This document shows positions 28,983-37,570 of a DNA stretch of 64,000 bases, in pieces. Position 1 is the stretch's first letter; the number at the start of each line of letters is the position of its first letter. The position numbers were made by a program, and so were the translations under genes. A model generated the notes under the pieces. The model was not told where the DNA came from. It worked only from the letters and a program-made list of their open reading frames with translations, and did no database searches. This DNA is from Alphaproteobacteria bacterium. GTDB taxonomy: Bacteria; Pseudomonadota; Alphaproteobacteria; SP197. Location of the stretch: contig OZ245842.1 in the NCBI GenBank assembly GCA_965228895.1, positions 5,344,001-5,408,000 on the forward strand, given 5' to 3'.

Positions 28983-30023
28983 ATGCGACAAGCCGAAAAA
29001 CCCGTCATTGCTCTGTTAGCGGCGCCGGAGACCTCGGCCGCTGTGCTCTATGGGCTCTATGACGTTTTCTGGTCGGTCGGATCCGTTTTTGATGAGATGA
29101 CGACGGGCGAGACGGGCGAGCCCCTGCTTGATGTCAGGATTGTCGCCTGCAGCGCCGAGCAGTTTCGCTGCGCCGGCGATGTGATCATCGATCCCCACAA
29201 CGCAATCGACGACCTTGACCGGGTCGACATCGCGATCATCTGCGACATGTATACGCCGATCCATGAGCTGCCGCGCGACCGCTATCCCGCTGAGGTCGAA
29301 TGGATCAAGCGTGTGCACAGTCATGGCGCCATCGTCGCCTCGGTCTGTTCGGGGTCGTTGGTGCTCGCCGAAACAGGTCTGCTTGATGGGTTGCCGGCGA
29401 CCGGTCATTGGGCCTACCGCCAGCTTTCGCGCGAGCACTTCAGCAAGGTGAAGTGGCGTGAGGATTCGGTGATCTGCCTAGCGGGCGAGGAAAAACGCAT
29501 CGTAACCGCTGGCGGCGTCACGGCTTGGCAGGATCTCGCTCTCTACCTGATCGCGCGGTTATGCGGCCCGGATCATGCGATCCGAACAGCCAAGGTGCAC
29601 CTGATGGGCGATCACGGCGACGGCCAACTGCCCTTTGCCGCCATGACCCAACGGGTTCAGAAAATTGATGCGGTTATTGGTGAATGTCAGGTGTGGATCG
29701 CCGAGAACTACGCTTCTTCCAATCCGGTGACCCTCATGACCGAACGGTCGGGGCTCAAACCGCGAACCTTTGCGAGGCGGTTTCATGCTGCGACCGGCTA
29801 TCAGCCGATGGATTATGTTCACGCTCTACGCATCGAAGAAGCCAAGCAACTACTGGAACGCGATACGCTGGCTGTCAACGAGGTCAGCCAGGCGGTGGGT
29901 TACGAAGACTCGGCCTACTTCCGGCGGCTCTTCAAGCGCAAGGCAGGTCTGACCCCTGCCGCCTACCGCCAAAAGTTTGCCTACATCACGTCGATTGCGG
30001 CCCGCCGACCGATTGACGATTAG
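28983..30023 (+). CDS. GlxA family regulator (DJ-1/PfpI + AraC)
   Basis: SVCSGSLVLAETGLLDG..ATGHW; RTFARRF; VGYEDSAYFRRLFKR. Confidence 0.92.
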   Translation: MRQAEKPVIALLAAPETSAAVLYGLYDVFWSVGSVFDEMTTGETGEPLLDVRIVACSAEQFRCAGDVIIDPHNAIDDLDRVDIAIICDMYTPIHELPRDRYPAEVEWIKRVHSHGAIVASVCSGSLVLAETGLLDGLPATGHWAYRQLSREHFSKVKWREDSVICLAGEEKRIVTAGGVTAWQDLALYLIARLCGPDHAIRTAKVHLMGDHGDGQLPFAAMTQRVQKIDAVIGECQVWIAENYASSNPVTLMTERSGLKPRTFARRFHAATGYQPMDYVHALRIEEAKQLLERDTLAVNEVSQAVGYEDSAYFRRLFKRKAGLTPAAYRQKFAYITSIAARRPIDD

Positions 30024-30047
30024 GCGTCGAACCGATCATGTCTCATC

Positions 30048-30632
30048 ATGCCAGCAGAACAGAGTGAGCCGGCCGTGCACAGCATCCACATCACCGGCGC
30101 GTCGGGATCCGGGACGACGACACTTGGCCGCGCGCTCGCCGCGCGGTTGGGTTGGGTGCATTTCGACAGCGACGACTTCTTCTGGGTCAAGACCGATCCG
30201 CCGTTTCAGACGAAACGGGATTCGAAGGCTCGAACGGATCTGCTGGTGGCGGCACTGGGCAAGGCCCCGGCATGGGTCCTGTCGGGTTCGATCATGGGCT
30301 GGAGCGGTCTTGAGATGCCAAGCTTCGATCTGGTGATCTTTCTGAGTTTGCCCAGCGACGTTCGGATAACGCGGCTCAGGGCCCGCGAAAAGCAGCGCTA
30401 CGGCGCGGCGACCCTAGAACCCGGCGGCAGCCAATACCAGGAATCCGTCGAGTTTCTCGCCTGGGCGGCCGCCTATGACGACGCCGAAACGGTTGGGCGG
30501 AACCGTATCGCGCACGAACGCTGGCTTGCCGACCAGACCTGTCCCATTCTGAGACTGGACAGCATGGAGAGTGTCCAGCACAACGTAGAGGCGGTGGTCG
30601 ACGGACTTCATCAGCCGATAGATTGTTCGTGA
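30048..30632 (+). CDS. P-loop nucleotide kinase-like protein
   Basis: ITGASGSGTTTLG, DSDDFFW. Confidence 0.82.
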   Translation: MPAEQSEPAVHSIHITGASGSGTTTLGRALAARLGWVHFDSDDFFWVKTDPPFQTKRDSKARTDLLVAALGKAPAWVLSGSIMGWSGLEMPSFDLVIFLSLPSDVRITRLRAREKQRYGAATLEPGGSQYQESVEFLAWAAAYDDAETVGRNRIAHERWLADQTCPILRLDSMESVQHNVEAVVDGLHQPIDCS

Positions 30633-30714
30633 GCACGTCGCGCGGCGCATTGACCGGCCGCTTGGCCGTCGCCACGTTCGCCCCTGGGATCGGTTTATCG
30701 TTGTGGGAGTTTGT

Positions 30715-31665
30715 ATGTCCGTTTTAGAGGTCGTTCCGCCGCCCGGCGCGAAGTTCACCGATCCCGATATCACCGCCAAAGGCGAGCGCAGGGCGCATGT
30801 CGCCCTTAACCGGCTTCAGACGCTGTGGATCAACACGGGCACGCTGTGCAATTTGGCCTGCGCCGGCTGTTACATCGAATCCAGCCCGCGCAACGACCGG
30901 CTGGTCTATATCACCGCCGACGAGGTCGCCGCCTATTACGACGAGATCGAAAGGGACGGCCTGGCGACCGAGGAGATCGGGTTTACCGGCGGTGAGCCGT
31001 TCATGAACCCGGACTTCATGATCATGGTCGAGGATGCGCTTGCGCGCGGCTTCCGGGTCCTGATCCTGACCAACGCCATGCGCCCGATGATGAAGTGCGC
31101 CGACGAACTGTTGGCGCTCAAGGAGCGTTTCGGCGCGCGTCTTGTCGTGCGCGTATCGGTCGACCACTACACCCAGGACCTTCATGAACTCGAACGCGGT
31201 GCGCGTTCATGGCAGTCGACCTTGGACGGGATGATCTGGCTCGCGCGAAACGGTTTCAGCATGCATGTCGCCGGCCGCACCATGTGGGGCGAGGAAGAAG
31301 CCAGTCTGCGCGACGGCTTCCGGGACCTGTTCGCCGAGCATGACATCCCGGTCGACGCTGACGATCCCGCGACCATGGTGCTGTTTCCGGAAATGGACTT
31401 GGCGGCCGAGGTGCCGGAAATCACCGACGCCTGCTGGGGCATTTTGGGCGTCGACCCCGGCGACATGATGTGTTCGAGCTCTCGCATGGTCGTTAAACGC
31501 AAGGGCACGGATCGCCCGGCGGTCATTGCCTGCACCCTGCTGCCCTATGAGCCGGAGTTTGAACTTGGCGCGACGCTCGCCGAGGCCACGGGAGCGGTGA
31601 AGCTGAACCATCCGCACTGCGCCAAGTTCTGCGTCCTGGGCGGCGGCTCCTGCAGCAAGGCTTGA
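30715..31665 (+). CDS. Radical SAM protein
   Basis: CNLACAGC, FTGGEPF, LTNA, C-terminal HPHCAKFCVLGGGSC. Confidence 0.9.
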   Translation: MSVLEVVPPPGAKFTDPDITAKGERRAHVALNRLQTLWINTGTLCNLACAGCYIESSPRNDRLVYITADEVAAYYDEIERDGLATEEIGFTGGEPFMNPDFMIMVEDALARGFRVLILTNAMRPMMKCADELLALKERFGARLVVRVSVDHYTQDLHELERGARSWQSTLDGMIWLARNGFSMHVAGRTMWGEEEASLRDGFRDLFAEHDIPVDADDPATMVLFPEMDLAAEVPEITDACWGILGVDPGDMMCSSSRMVVKRKGTDRPAVIACTLLPYEPEFELGATLAEATGAVKLNHPHCAKFCVLGGGSCSKA

Positions 31666-31680
31666 GCGCCGCTCGGCGCG

Positions 31681-33645
31681 TCAGATTTCGTTCCCGACCT
31701 TGAGCCCTTCGAAGACCGCCTCCTCGGCGGTTCGTGGCGCCAGGCAGTCACCGGCCATGTGTATCTCAAGACCCAGGCCGGTTAGTTCGTGGACAAGGCC
31801 GTCCTCGGCATCGTGGCCCAACGCGGTCACCAGCGTGTCGACGCCGTCGCAGATGATCGGCTCCTTGGCCATGACGTGTTCGAAGTAGACGGTGTCGGCG
31901 TCCAGGCCATAGAGACGCGCGTAGAGGTGGACGTCGACGCCCAGCTTGTGCAGACGGCCGGCGGCGTGGTCGCGCATGTACTGCATGACGTTTTCGCCGA
32001 GCTGGCCGCCGTTCACCGCCAGGCGCACCCGGCAGCCGTCCAGCGCCAGTTTCTCCGCCAGCCCATAGCCGACCCAGTCGCAGCGCCAGTCGGCGATGAC
32101 AACGCTTTGGCCGACATTCGCCTCGCCTCTCAAGACCTGCCAGGCATCGACCACGTGACCGTCGTCGCGGCCGTCAAACTCTGCGTCGCTGGGCCGTGCG
32201 CCGGTGGCGATGATGATGGCGTCGGGTTTCTCCGCCTCGACCAGTGCCCGGTCGACTGGGGTGTTGAGCTTGACCGTGACGCCGGCCAGTTCCATCTCGC
32301 GGGCGAGGTTGGTGACGATGCCGCCAAACTCCGCGCGGCCCGGCAGAAGTTGCGCGAGCAGGGTTTGGCCGCCGAGCTGTGGTGCCGCTTCGCATAGGGT
32401 GACCTGGTGTCCGCGCTCCGCGGCGACCGCGGCGGCCTTCATGCCGGCTGGCCCGCCGCCGGCGACCAGTACCTTCTTTGGCTGCGGCGCCGGTCGGCGC
32501 GGCTGATAGGTCTCTTCGCGCCCGGTTTCCGGGTGCTGGATGCACGATATCGCCGCGCCGGCGAAGAAATGACCGATGCAGGCTTGGTTGCAGGCGATAC
32601 AGGCGCGGATATCGTCGATCCGCCCGTCGCTTGCCTTGTTCGCCATCTCGGGGTCGCAGATCATGGCGCGGGTCATGCCGCAGGCATCCGCGTCGCCGCG
32701 TGCGATGATCTGTTCGGCGATCTGCGGTTGGTTGATGCGCCCGGTGACGATCACCGGCACCGCGACCTTGTCCTTGACCGTGCGGCCATAGGGCGCGGTG
32801 TAGCCGGCGTCCTCTGTCATCGGCGGCACGATGTGATAGGAGCCCGGCCGGGTCGCCGAGCTGCCGGCAACGACACTGAGATAATCGACCAAGCCTTCGG
32901 CGGCCAGTTTTTCGCAGGCTGCCGTCGACTCGTCGGTCTCCAGCCCGATCCCGTCGAGGTCTTCTCCGGAAATACGGGCGCCCACGGCCATGCCGGCGCC
33001 GATGCGATCACGCACGGCGACCAGCACGTCGTTGAGGAAACGCAGGCGGTTCTCGAAGCTGCCGCCATAGTCGTCGCTACGCCGGTTGATCTTCGCCGAC
33101 AGGAACTGGGCCGGCAGATAACCGTGGCTGGCGACGATCTCGACGCCATCCACACCGGCCTGCTGGAGGCGCGCGGCGGCGTCGGCGTAGCCGGTGACGA
33201 CCTCGTCAATCATGCCCTGTGTCATCGCGCGCGGCTTGATGTGATAACGCTCGTTGGGTGTGCCCGAGGGCGACCAGGCGACCGGGAGCGTGCCGTCGGC
33301 ACTGCCCAAAACCTCGCGGCCGGGATGGAAGAGCTGGCCGAAGCAAACCGCGCCCTCATCGTGGATCGCTTGCGCCAGTCGCGTGTAGCCCGGCAGGCAG
33401 CCGTCGTGGTGCGCCTGCAGGATGTGCGCAGAATAGAAGGCGGTCGGGTGCACGGTCGCCACCTGGATCACGATTAACCCGGCGCCGCCCCTGGCGCGCG
33501 CCGCCTGATAGGCGATCAACCGGTCACCGGGAAAGCCGTCGTGGTCGGCCATGCCCGTGTCGTGTCCGGTCGAGACAGTTCGGTTGCGCAACGTCACCGG
33601 CCCGATCGAAAGCGGCGACATCAAATGCTGAAAGGCTTGTGTCAT
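31681..33645 (-). CDS. NADH:flavin oxidoreductase (OYE barrel + Fe-S + FAD domain)
   Basis: ARGGAGLI, QLFHPG, SHGYLPAQFLS..NRRSDDYGGS, CIACNQAC..C, GGGPAGM. Confidence 0.92.
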   Translation of the reverse strand: MTQAFQHLMSPLSIGPVTLRNRTVSTGHDTGMADHDGFPGDRLIAYQAARARGGAGLIVIQVATVHPTAFYSAHILQAHHDGCLPGYTRLAQAIHDEGAVCFGQLFHPGREVLGSADGTLPVAWSPSGTPNERYHIKPRAMTQGMIDEVVTGYADAAARLQQAGVDGVEIVASHGYLPAQFLSAKINRRSDDYGGSFENRLRFLNDVLVAVRDRIGAGMAVGARISGEDLDGIGLETDESTAACEKLAAEGLVDYLSVVAGSSATRPGSYHIVPPMTEDAGYTAPYGRTVKDKVAVPVIVTGRINQPQIAEQIIARGDADACGMTRAMICDPEMANKASDGRIDDIRACIACNQACIGHFFAGAAISCIQHPETGREETYQPRRPAPQPKKVLVAGGGPAGMKAAAVAAERGHQVTLCEAAPQLGGQTLLAQLLPGRAEFGGIVTNLAREMELAGVTVKLNTPVDRALVEAEKPDAIIIATGARPSDAEFDGRDDGHVVDAWQVLRGEANVGQSVVIADWRCDWVGYGLAEKLALDGCRVRLAVNGGQLGENVMQYMRDHAAGRLHKLGVDVHLYARLYGLDADTVYFEHVMAKEPIICDGVDTLVTALGHDAEDGLVHELTGLGLEIHMAGDCLAPRTAEEAVFEGLKVGNEI

Positions 33646-33675
33646 GGCGTCTCTGTCGATAATCGTGGTTTGGGA

Positions 33676-35061
33676 TCAGGCCGGGATGATCTTGCCCGGG
33701 TTCATGATGTCCTGCGGGTCCAGCGCCTGTTTGAGCTGGCGCATGACGGCGACGGCCTCGCCGTGTTCGGCCTGCAGATACTTCATCTTGCCGATCCCGA
33801 CACCGTGTTCGCCGGTCGAGGTTCCGCCCATCGCCAGGGCGCGCATGATCAGGCGGTCGTTGATGCGCTCGGCCTCCGCCATCTCCTTGGGGTCGTCGCG
33901 GTCAAGCACGAACGCCAGATGAAAGTTGCCGTCGCCGACATGGCCGACCAGGGGCGCGGTCAGGAAACTCTTGGCGAGGTCGGCCTTGGTCTCGGCGATG
34001 CAGGCGGCGAGATTGGAAATGGGCACACAGACATCGGTCGCCCACAGCGAGCAGCCCGGTCTCAGCGCCTTCGCCGCATAGGCGGCGTCGTGGCGGGCCT
34101 GCCATAGCTTGTTGCGGTCTTCCTGACGGGTCGTCCACTGAAAATCACCACCGCCAAACTCGTGGGCGATCTCGCCGAACCGCTCGGCCTGTTCGGCGAC
34201 GCTGGCCTCGGTGCCGTGGAATTCCAGGAACAAGGTCGGCGCGACCCGGTAGTCCAGGTCCGAATAGCGGTTGACGGCATCAAGCTGGACCTCATCCAGA
34301 AGCTCGATGCGCGCGACGGGAATGCCCATCTGGATGGTCGCGATCACCGTGTCGACGGCGCCTTCGATGGTGTCGAAGCTGACCACGGCAGCGCTCATCG
34401 CTTCGGGTATGCCGTAGAGCCGCAACGTCACCTCGGTGATCACGCCGAGCGTGCCCTCGGATCCGACGAACAGCCTGGTCAGATCATAGCCCGCCGATGA
34501 TTTGCGAGCGCGCCGCGCGGTGCGTATCAGGCGCCCGTCGGCCAAAACCACATTCAGCGACAGGACATTCTCGCGCATGGTGCCGTAACGCACGGCATTG
34601 GTGCCCGACGCCCGGGTTGCGGTCATGCCGCCCAGCGACGCATCGGCGCCCGGATCGATGGGAAAGAAGAGGCCGCGATCGCGCAGATGCTCGTTGAGTT
34701 GCTTGCGCGTCACGCCCGGTTCGACCCGGCAGTCCAGATCCTCGTCGTTGACCTCCAAGACGCGATTCATGGCCATCATATCGATCGAGACGCCGCCCCG
34801 GACGGCCTGGACGTGGCCCTCAAGCGACGTGCCCGTGCCATAGGGCACCAACGGCGTGCCGTTGGCGGCACACAGCTTGACGATCTCAACCACTTCTTCG
34901 GCATTGTCGGGGAAACAGACGGCGGCCGGCGCTTCGGTCGGGTGCCAGCCTTCATCGTGGCCGTGCTGTTCGCGCACGGCCTCGGCGGTACTGACCCGAT
35001 CCCCCAAAAGCGCCTTAATGTCGTCGTAGAGCGATGGTGCTAGCTTAGCGTTTGATGTCAT
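33676..35061 (-). CDS. FAD-linked oxidase, D-lactate dehydrogenase (cytochrome)-like
   Basis: GTGTSLEG, PIDPGADASLGGM, GSEGTLG, GHVGDGNFH, GEHGVGIGK, NPGK. Confidence 0.9.
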   Translation of the reverse strand: MTSNAKLAPSLYDDIKALLGDRVSTAEAVREQHGHDEGWHPTEAPAAVCFPDNAEEVVEIVKLCAANGTPLVPYGTGTSLEGHVQAVRGGVSIDMMAMNRVLEVNDEDLDCRVEPGVTRKQLNEHLRDRGLFFPIDPGADASLGGMTATRASGTNAVRYGTMRENVLSLNVVLADGRLIRTARRARKSSAGYDLTRLFVGSEGTLGVITEVTLRLYGIPEAMSAAVVSFDTIEGAVDTVIATIQMGIPVARIELLDEVQLDAVNRYSDLDYRVAPTLFLEFHGTEASVAEQAERFGEIAHEFGGGDFQWTTRQEDRNKLWQARHDAAYAAKALRPGCSLWATDVCVPISNLAACIAETKADLAKSFLTAPLVGHVGDGNFHLAFVLDRDDPKEMAEAERINDRLIMRALAMGGTSTGEHGVGIGKMKYLQAEHGEAVAVMRQLKQALDPQDIMNPGKIIPA

Positions 35062-35144
35062 GGTCTGAGCCTAGTCGAAACCGGCGTTCTTGTCGTTATG
35101 GGGCTCAGCCGCCAGTCGGTCTCTAAGGAAGAAGAGGGAGCATC

Positions 35145-35915
35145 ATGTTCGTTGTTTCGCCGTCGCTGCGCCAGGTCGCCTGCGCCATTGCTGCTGTCCT
35201 GCTGCTTGCCGCCTGTCAGTCCGCCCCTGTCACGGGGCGCCAGCAGTTTATCGTCGTCTCCGACAGCGAGGCCAACGAGCTGGGCGCCCAGGCGTTCCAG
35301 GAAATTCTGGCCGACAGCACGATATCGCGCGATCCCCAGATGAACGAGACCGTGCAGCGGATCGGCAAGCGGATTGCCGCGGCAACCGGTTTATCCGGCT
35401 ATGACTGGGAGTTCGTCGTCATCGACGACCCCGAGCCCAATGCCTTCGCGCTACCCGGCGGCAAGGTCGCGGTCCATACCGGCATGTTCAAGGTTGCTGA
35501 GACCGAAGCGCAGCTTGCCGCTGTCATGGGTCACGAGGTCGCGCATGCAACGGCGCGCCATTCGGCCGAGCGCATGTCCCAGCAGATGGCGCTGCAATAC
35601 GGCCTTGAGGCGGCCGGCGCGACGTCGGAGTATGCCGCCCAGAACATCGAGCTTCTGGCTCAGGCCGCGACGCTGGGCGTCATTCTGCCGTTCAGCCGCG
35701 ATCAGGAGGCCGAGGCCGACGAGATCGGGCTGATCTATATGGCGCGCGCCGGTTATGATCCGCGTGCGGCGATCGATCTGTGGCGCAACATGCAGACTTA
35801 CGCCGGATCGGGCGGGCCGGAGTTCCTGTCGACCCATCCCTCGACCGGCAACCGGATTGCTGAACTCGAAGCTGCCATGCCGCGGGCGCTCGCGATCTAC
35901 CAAGCCAACAGCTAG
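35145..35915 (+). CDS. M48 family metallopeptidase lipoprotein
   Basis: Lipobox LAAC, NAFALPGG, HEVAH, EAEAD, FLSTHP. Confidence 0.93.
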   Translation: MFVVSPSLRQVACAIAAVLLLAACQSAPVTGRQQFIVVSDSEANELGAQAFQEILADSTISRDPQMNETVQRIGKRIAAATGLSGYDWEFVVIDDPEPNAFALPGGKVAVHTGMFKVAETEAQLAAVMGHEVAHATARHSAERMSQQMALQYGLEAAGATSEYAAQNIELLAQAATLGVILPFSRDQEAEADEIGLIYMARAGYDPRAAIDLWRNMQTYAGSGGPEFLSTHPSTGNRIAELEAAMPRALAIYQANS

Positions 35916-35966
35916 TTGGCGCCGGTCTTCTGCACCGCTTTGCACCCACTTGCAGCAAATGCGGAA

Positions 35967-35996
35967 TTGACCGGGTTTCACTCCGCCCTCTACATT
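35967..35996 (+). promoter_or_regulatory. Putative sigma70 promoter
   Basis: TTGACC-N18-TACATT. Confidence 0.5.
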
Positions 35997-36002
35997 CCAT
36001 CT

Positions 36003-36110
36003 GGTCGGTAAAACGGCTCACGACGCTTGCCGTCCGGTGCCAGGGTTCAACGTGCTGCCAATGCCGCAAAGATGCGGCAGGCGGGGCCCGGTCGGGCGGC
36101 GGCTTTTTTG
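36003..36110 (+). ncRNA. Candidate structured sRNA or attenuating leader (unassigned)
   Basis: Starts just after the promoter; short 5' hairpin plus long multi-segment stem-loop ending directly in T6 (36104-36109). Confidence 0.45.
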
Positions 36111-36217
36111 CTCAAGAGCGGACCGTTCCGTCGGTCGCATGGTGATGTGATCTCATAGCGATTGCAGCAGATGAGCGTCGGGCCAACATGGATGGATATC
36201 ATTCGGGGAAGGACAGC

Positions 36218-37075
36218 ATGCGCTACGAATCACCACACACGATCAAGGCCGCGGTCGGCCTGTTATCGAAAGCGCGGGGCACCTCGCGCATCCTGGCAGG
36301 CGGCACCGATCTTCTGGTGCAAATGCGCTCTGGCATGCTGGAACCGGACCTGATTGTCGACATCAAGCACATTCCAGGCATGTACGACATCACCAAGGAA
36401 AAGGACGGTTACCGCATCGGCGCGGCTGTCTCCGGGGCTGAACTGGGCGAGCACCCCAAGGTCCGAGAGCTGTGGCCGGGCGTGGTCGAATCGGTCGAGC
36501 TGATCGGGTCGACCCAGATCCAGGGCCGCGCCACCATGGTCGGCAACCTGTGCAATGCCTCTCCGGCCGCCGACAGCGTGCCCGCCATGATCGCGGCGCG
36601 GGCCGTCGCCCGCGTTGTCGGGCCCAACCGCGCGCGCAACGTGCCGGTCGAGGACATCGCGGTTGCGCCGGGCAAGACGTCGCTGAAGAAAGGTGAGTTT
36701 GTCGCCTCGGTCTTCCTGCCCAAGCCAAAGCGGCGCACCGGCGAGGCCTATCTGCGGTTTATCCCTAGAACCGAGATGGATATCGCCGTGGTCGGCGCCG
36801 GCGTCAGCCTGACGTTGAACACCAAGGGCGTGTGCTCGGATGCGCGCGTGTCGTTGGGCGCCGTCGCCGCACGTGCGTTGGTGGTCGACGAAGCCGCCGA
36901 TGCGCTGATCGGCACCAAGGTCGACAAGAAGTCGCTCGATAATCTCGCCGCCATCTGTTCGGCCGCCGCCAAGCCGATCGACGACAAACGCGGCACCAAG
37001 GAGTTTCGAATCAAGGTAGCCGGCGTGCTCGCGCGCCGCGCCGCCGCCATCGCACTCAAGCGGGCAAAGGGTTGA
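36218..37075 (+). CDS. Xanthine dehydrogenase family FAD-binding (medium) subunit
   Basis: LAGGTDLL, QIQGRATMVGNLCNASPAAD, PIDDKRGT. Confidence 0.93.
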   Translation: MRYESPHTIKAAVGLLSKARGTSRILAGGTDLLVQMRSGMLEPDLIVDIKHIPGMYDITKEKDGYRIGAAVSGAELGEHPKVRELWPGVVESVELIGSTQIQGRATMVGNLCNASPAADSVPAMIAARAVARVVGPNRARNVPVEDIAVAPGKTSLKKGEFVASVFLPKPKRRTGEAYLRFIPRTEMDIAVVGAGVSLTLNTKGVCSDARVSLGAVAARALVVDEAADALIGTKVDKKSLDNLAAICSAAAKPIDDKRGTKEFRIKVAGVLARRAAAIALKRAKG

Positions 37076-37078
37076 ACC

Positions 37079-37570
37079 ATGAGTACAGTTCACGTCACAA
37101 CCACGATCAACGGCGACGACATCGAGTATGTTTGCCGCCCCGATGAATCGCTGCTCGATGTGCTGCGCGATCGCCTCGGCATGACCGGCAGCAAGGAAGG
37201 TTGCGGCACCGGCGACTGCGGTGCCTGTTCGGTCACGATGGATGGCCGACTTGTCTGCTCGTGCCTGGTACTTGGCGCCGAGGCGGGCGGTCACGAGATC
37301 GAGACCATCGAAGGCATGGCTGACGGCGATACGCTGCATCCGCTGCAGGCGAAGTTCCTGGAGCATGCCGCCCTGCAGTGTGGCATCTGCACGCCGGGTT
37401 TCCTGATCGCTGCCCGTAACCTGTTGGAAAACAACCCGAATCCGACAGAAACAGAAGTTCGCTACTGGCTCGCCGGCAATCTCTGCCGCTGTACCGGTTA
37501 CGACAAAATCGTTCGCGCGGTCATGGATGCCGCCAAAGACATGAGGAAGGGACGTCGCAATGCCGCTTGA
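37079..37570 (+). CDS. Xanthine dehydrogenase family 2x[2Fe-2S] (small) subunit
   Basis: GCGTGDCGACSV..C and QCGICTPG..NLCRCTGY. Confidence 0.95.
   Translation: MSTVHVTTTINGDDIEYVCRPDESLLDVLRDRLGMTGSKEGCGTGDCGACSVTMDGRLVCSCLVLGAEAGGHEIETIEGMADGDTLHPLQAKFLEHAALQCGICTPGFLIAARNLLENNPNPTETEVRYWLAGNLCRCTGYDKIVRAVMDAAKDMRKGRRNAA

Noticed and set aside
31663-31665. Selenocysteine read-through of the radical SAM TGA
   Set aside because: The Cys motif is complete before the stop and a convergent gene ends 15 nt later
36003-36110. Possible tRNA-Sec (contains ttcaa, near yqeC)
   Set aside because: No T-loop GTTCGA, acceptor stem or CCA; cannot form a cloverleaf
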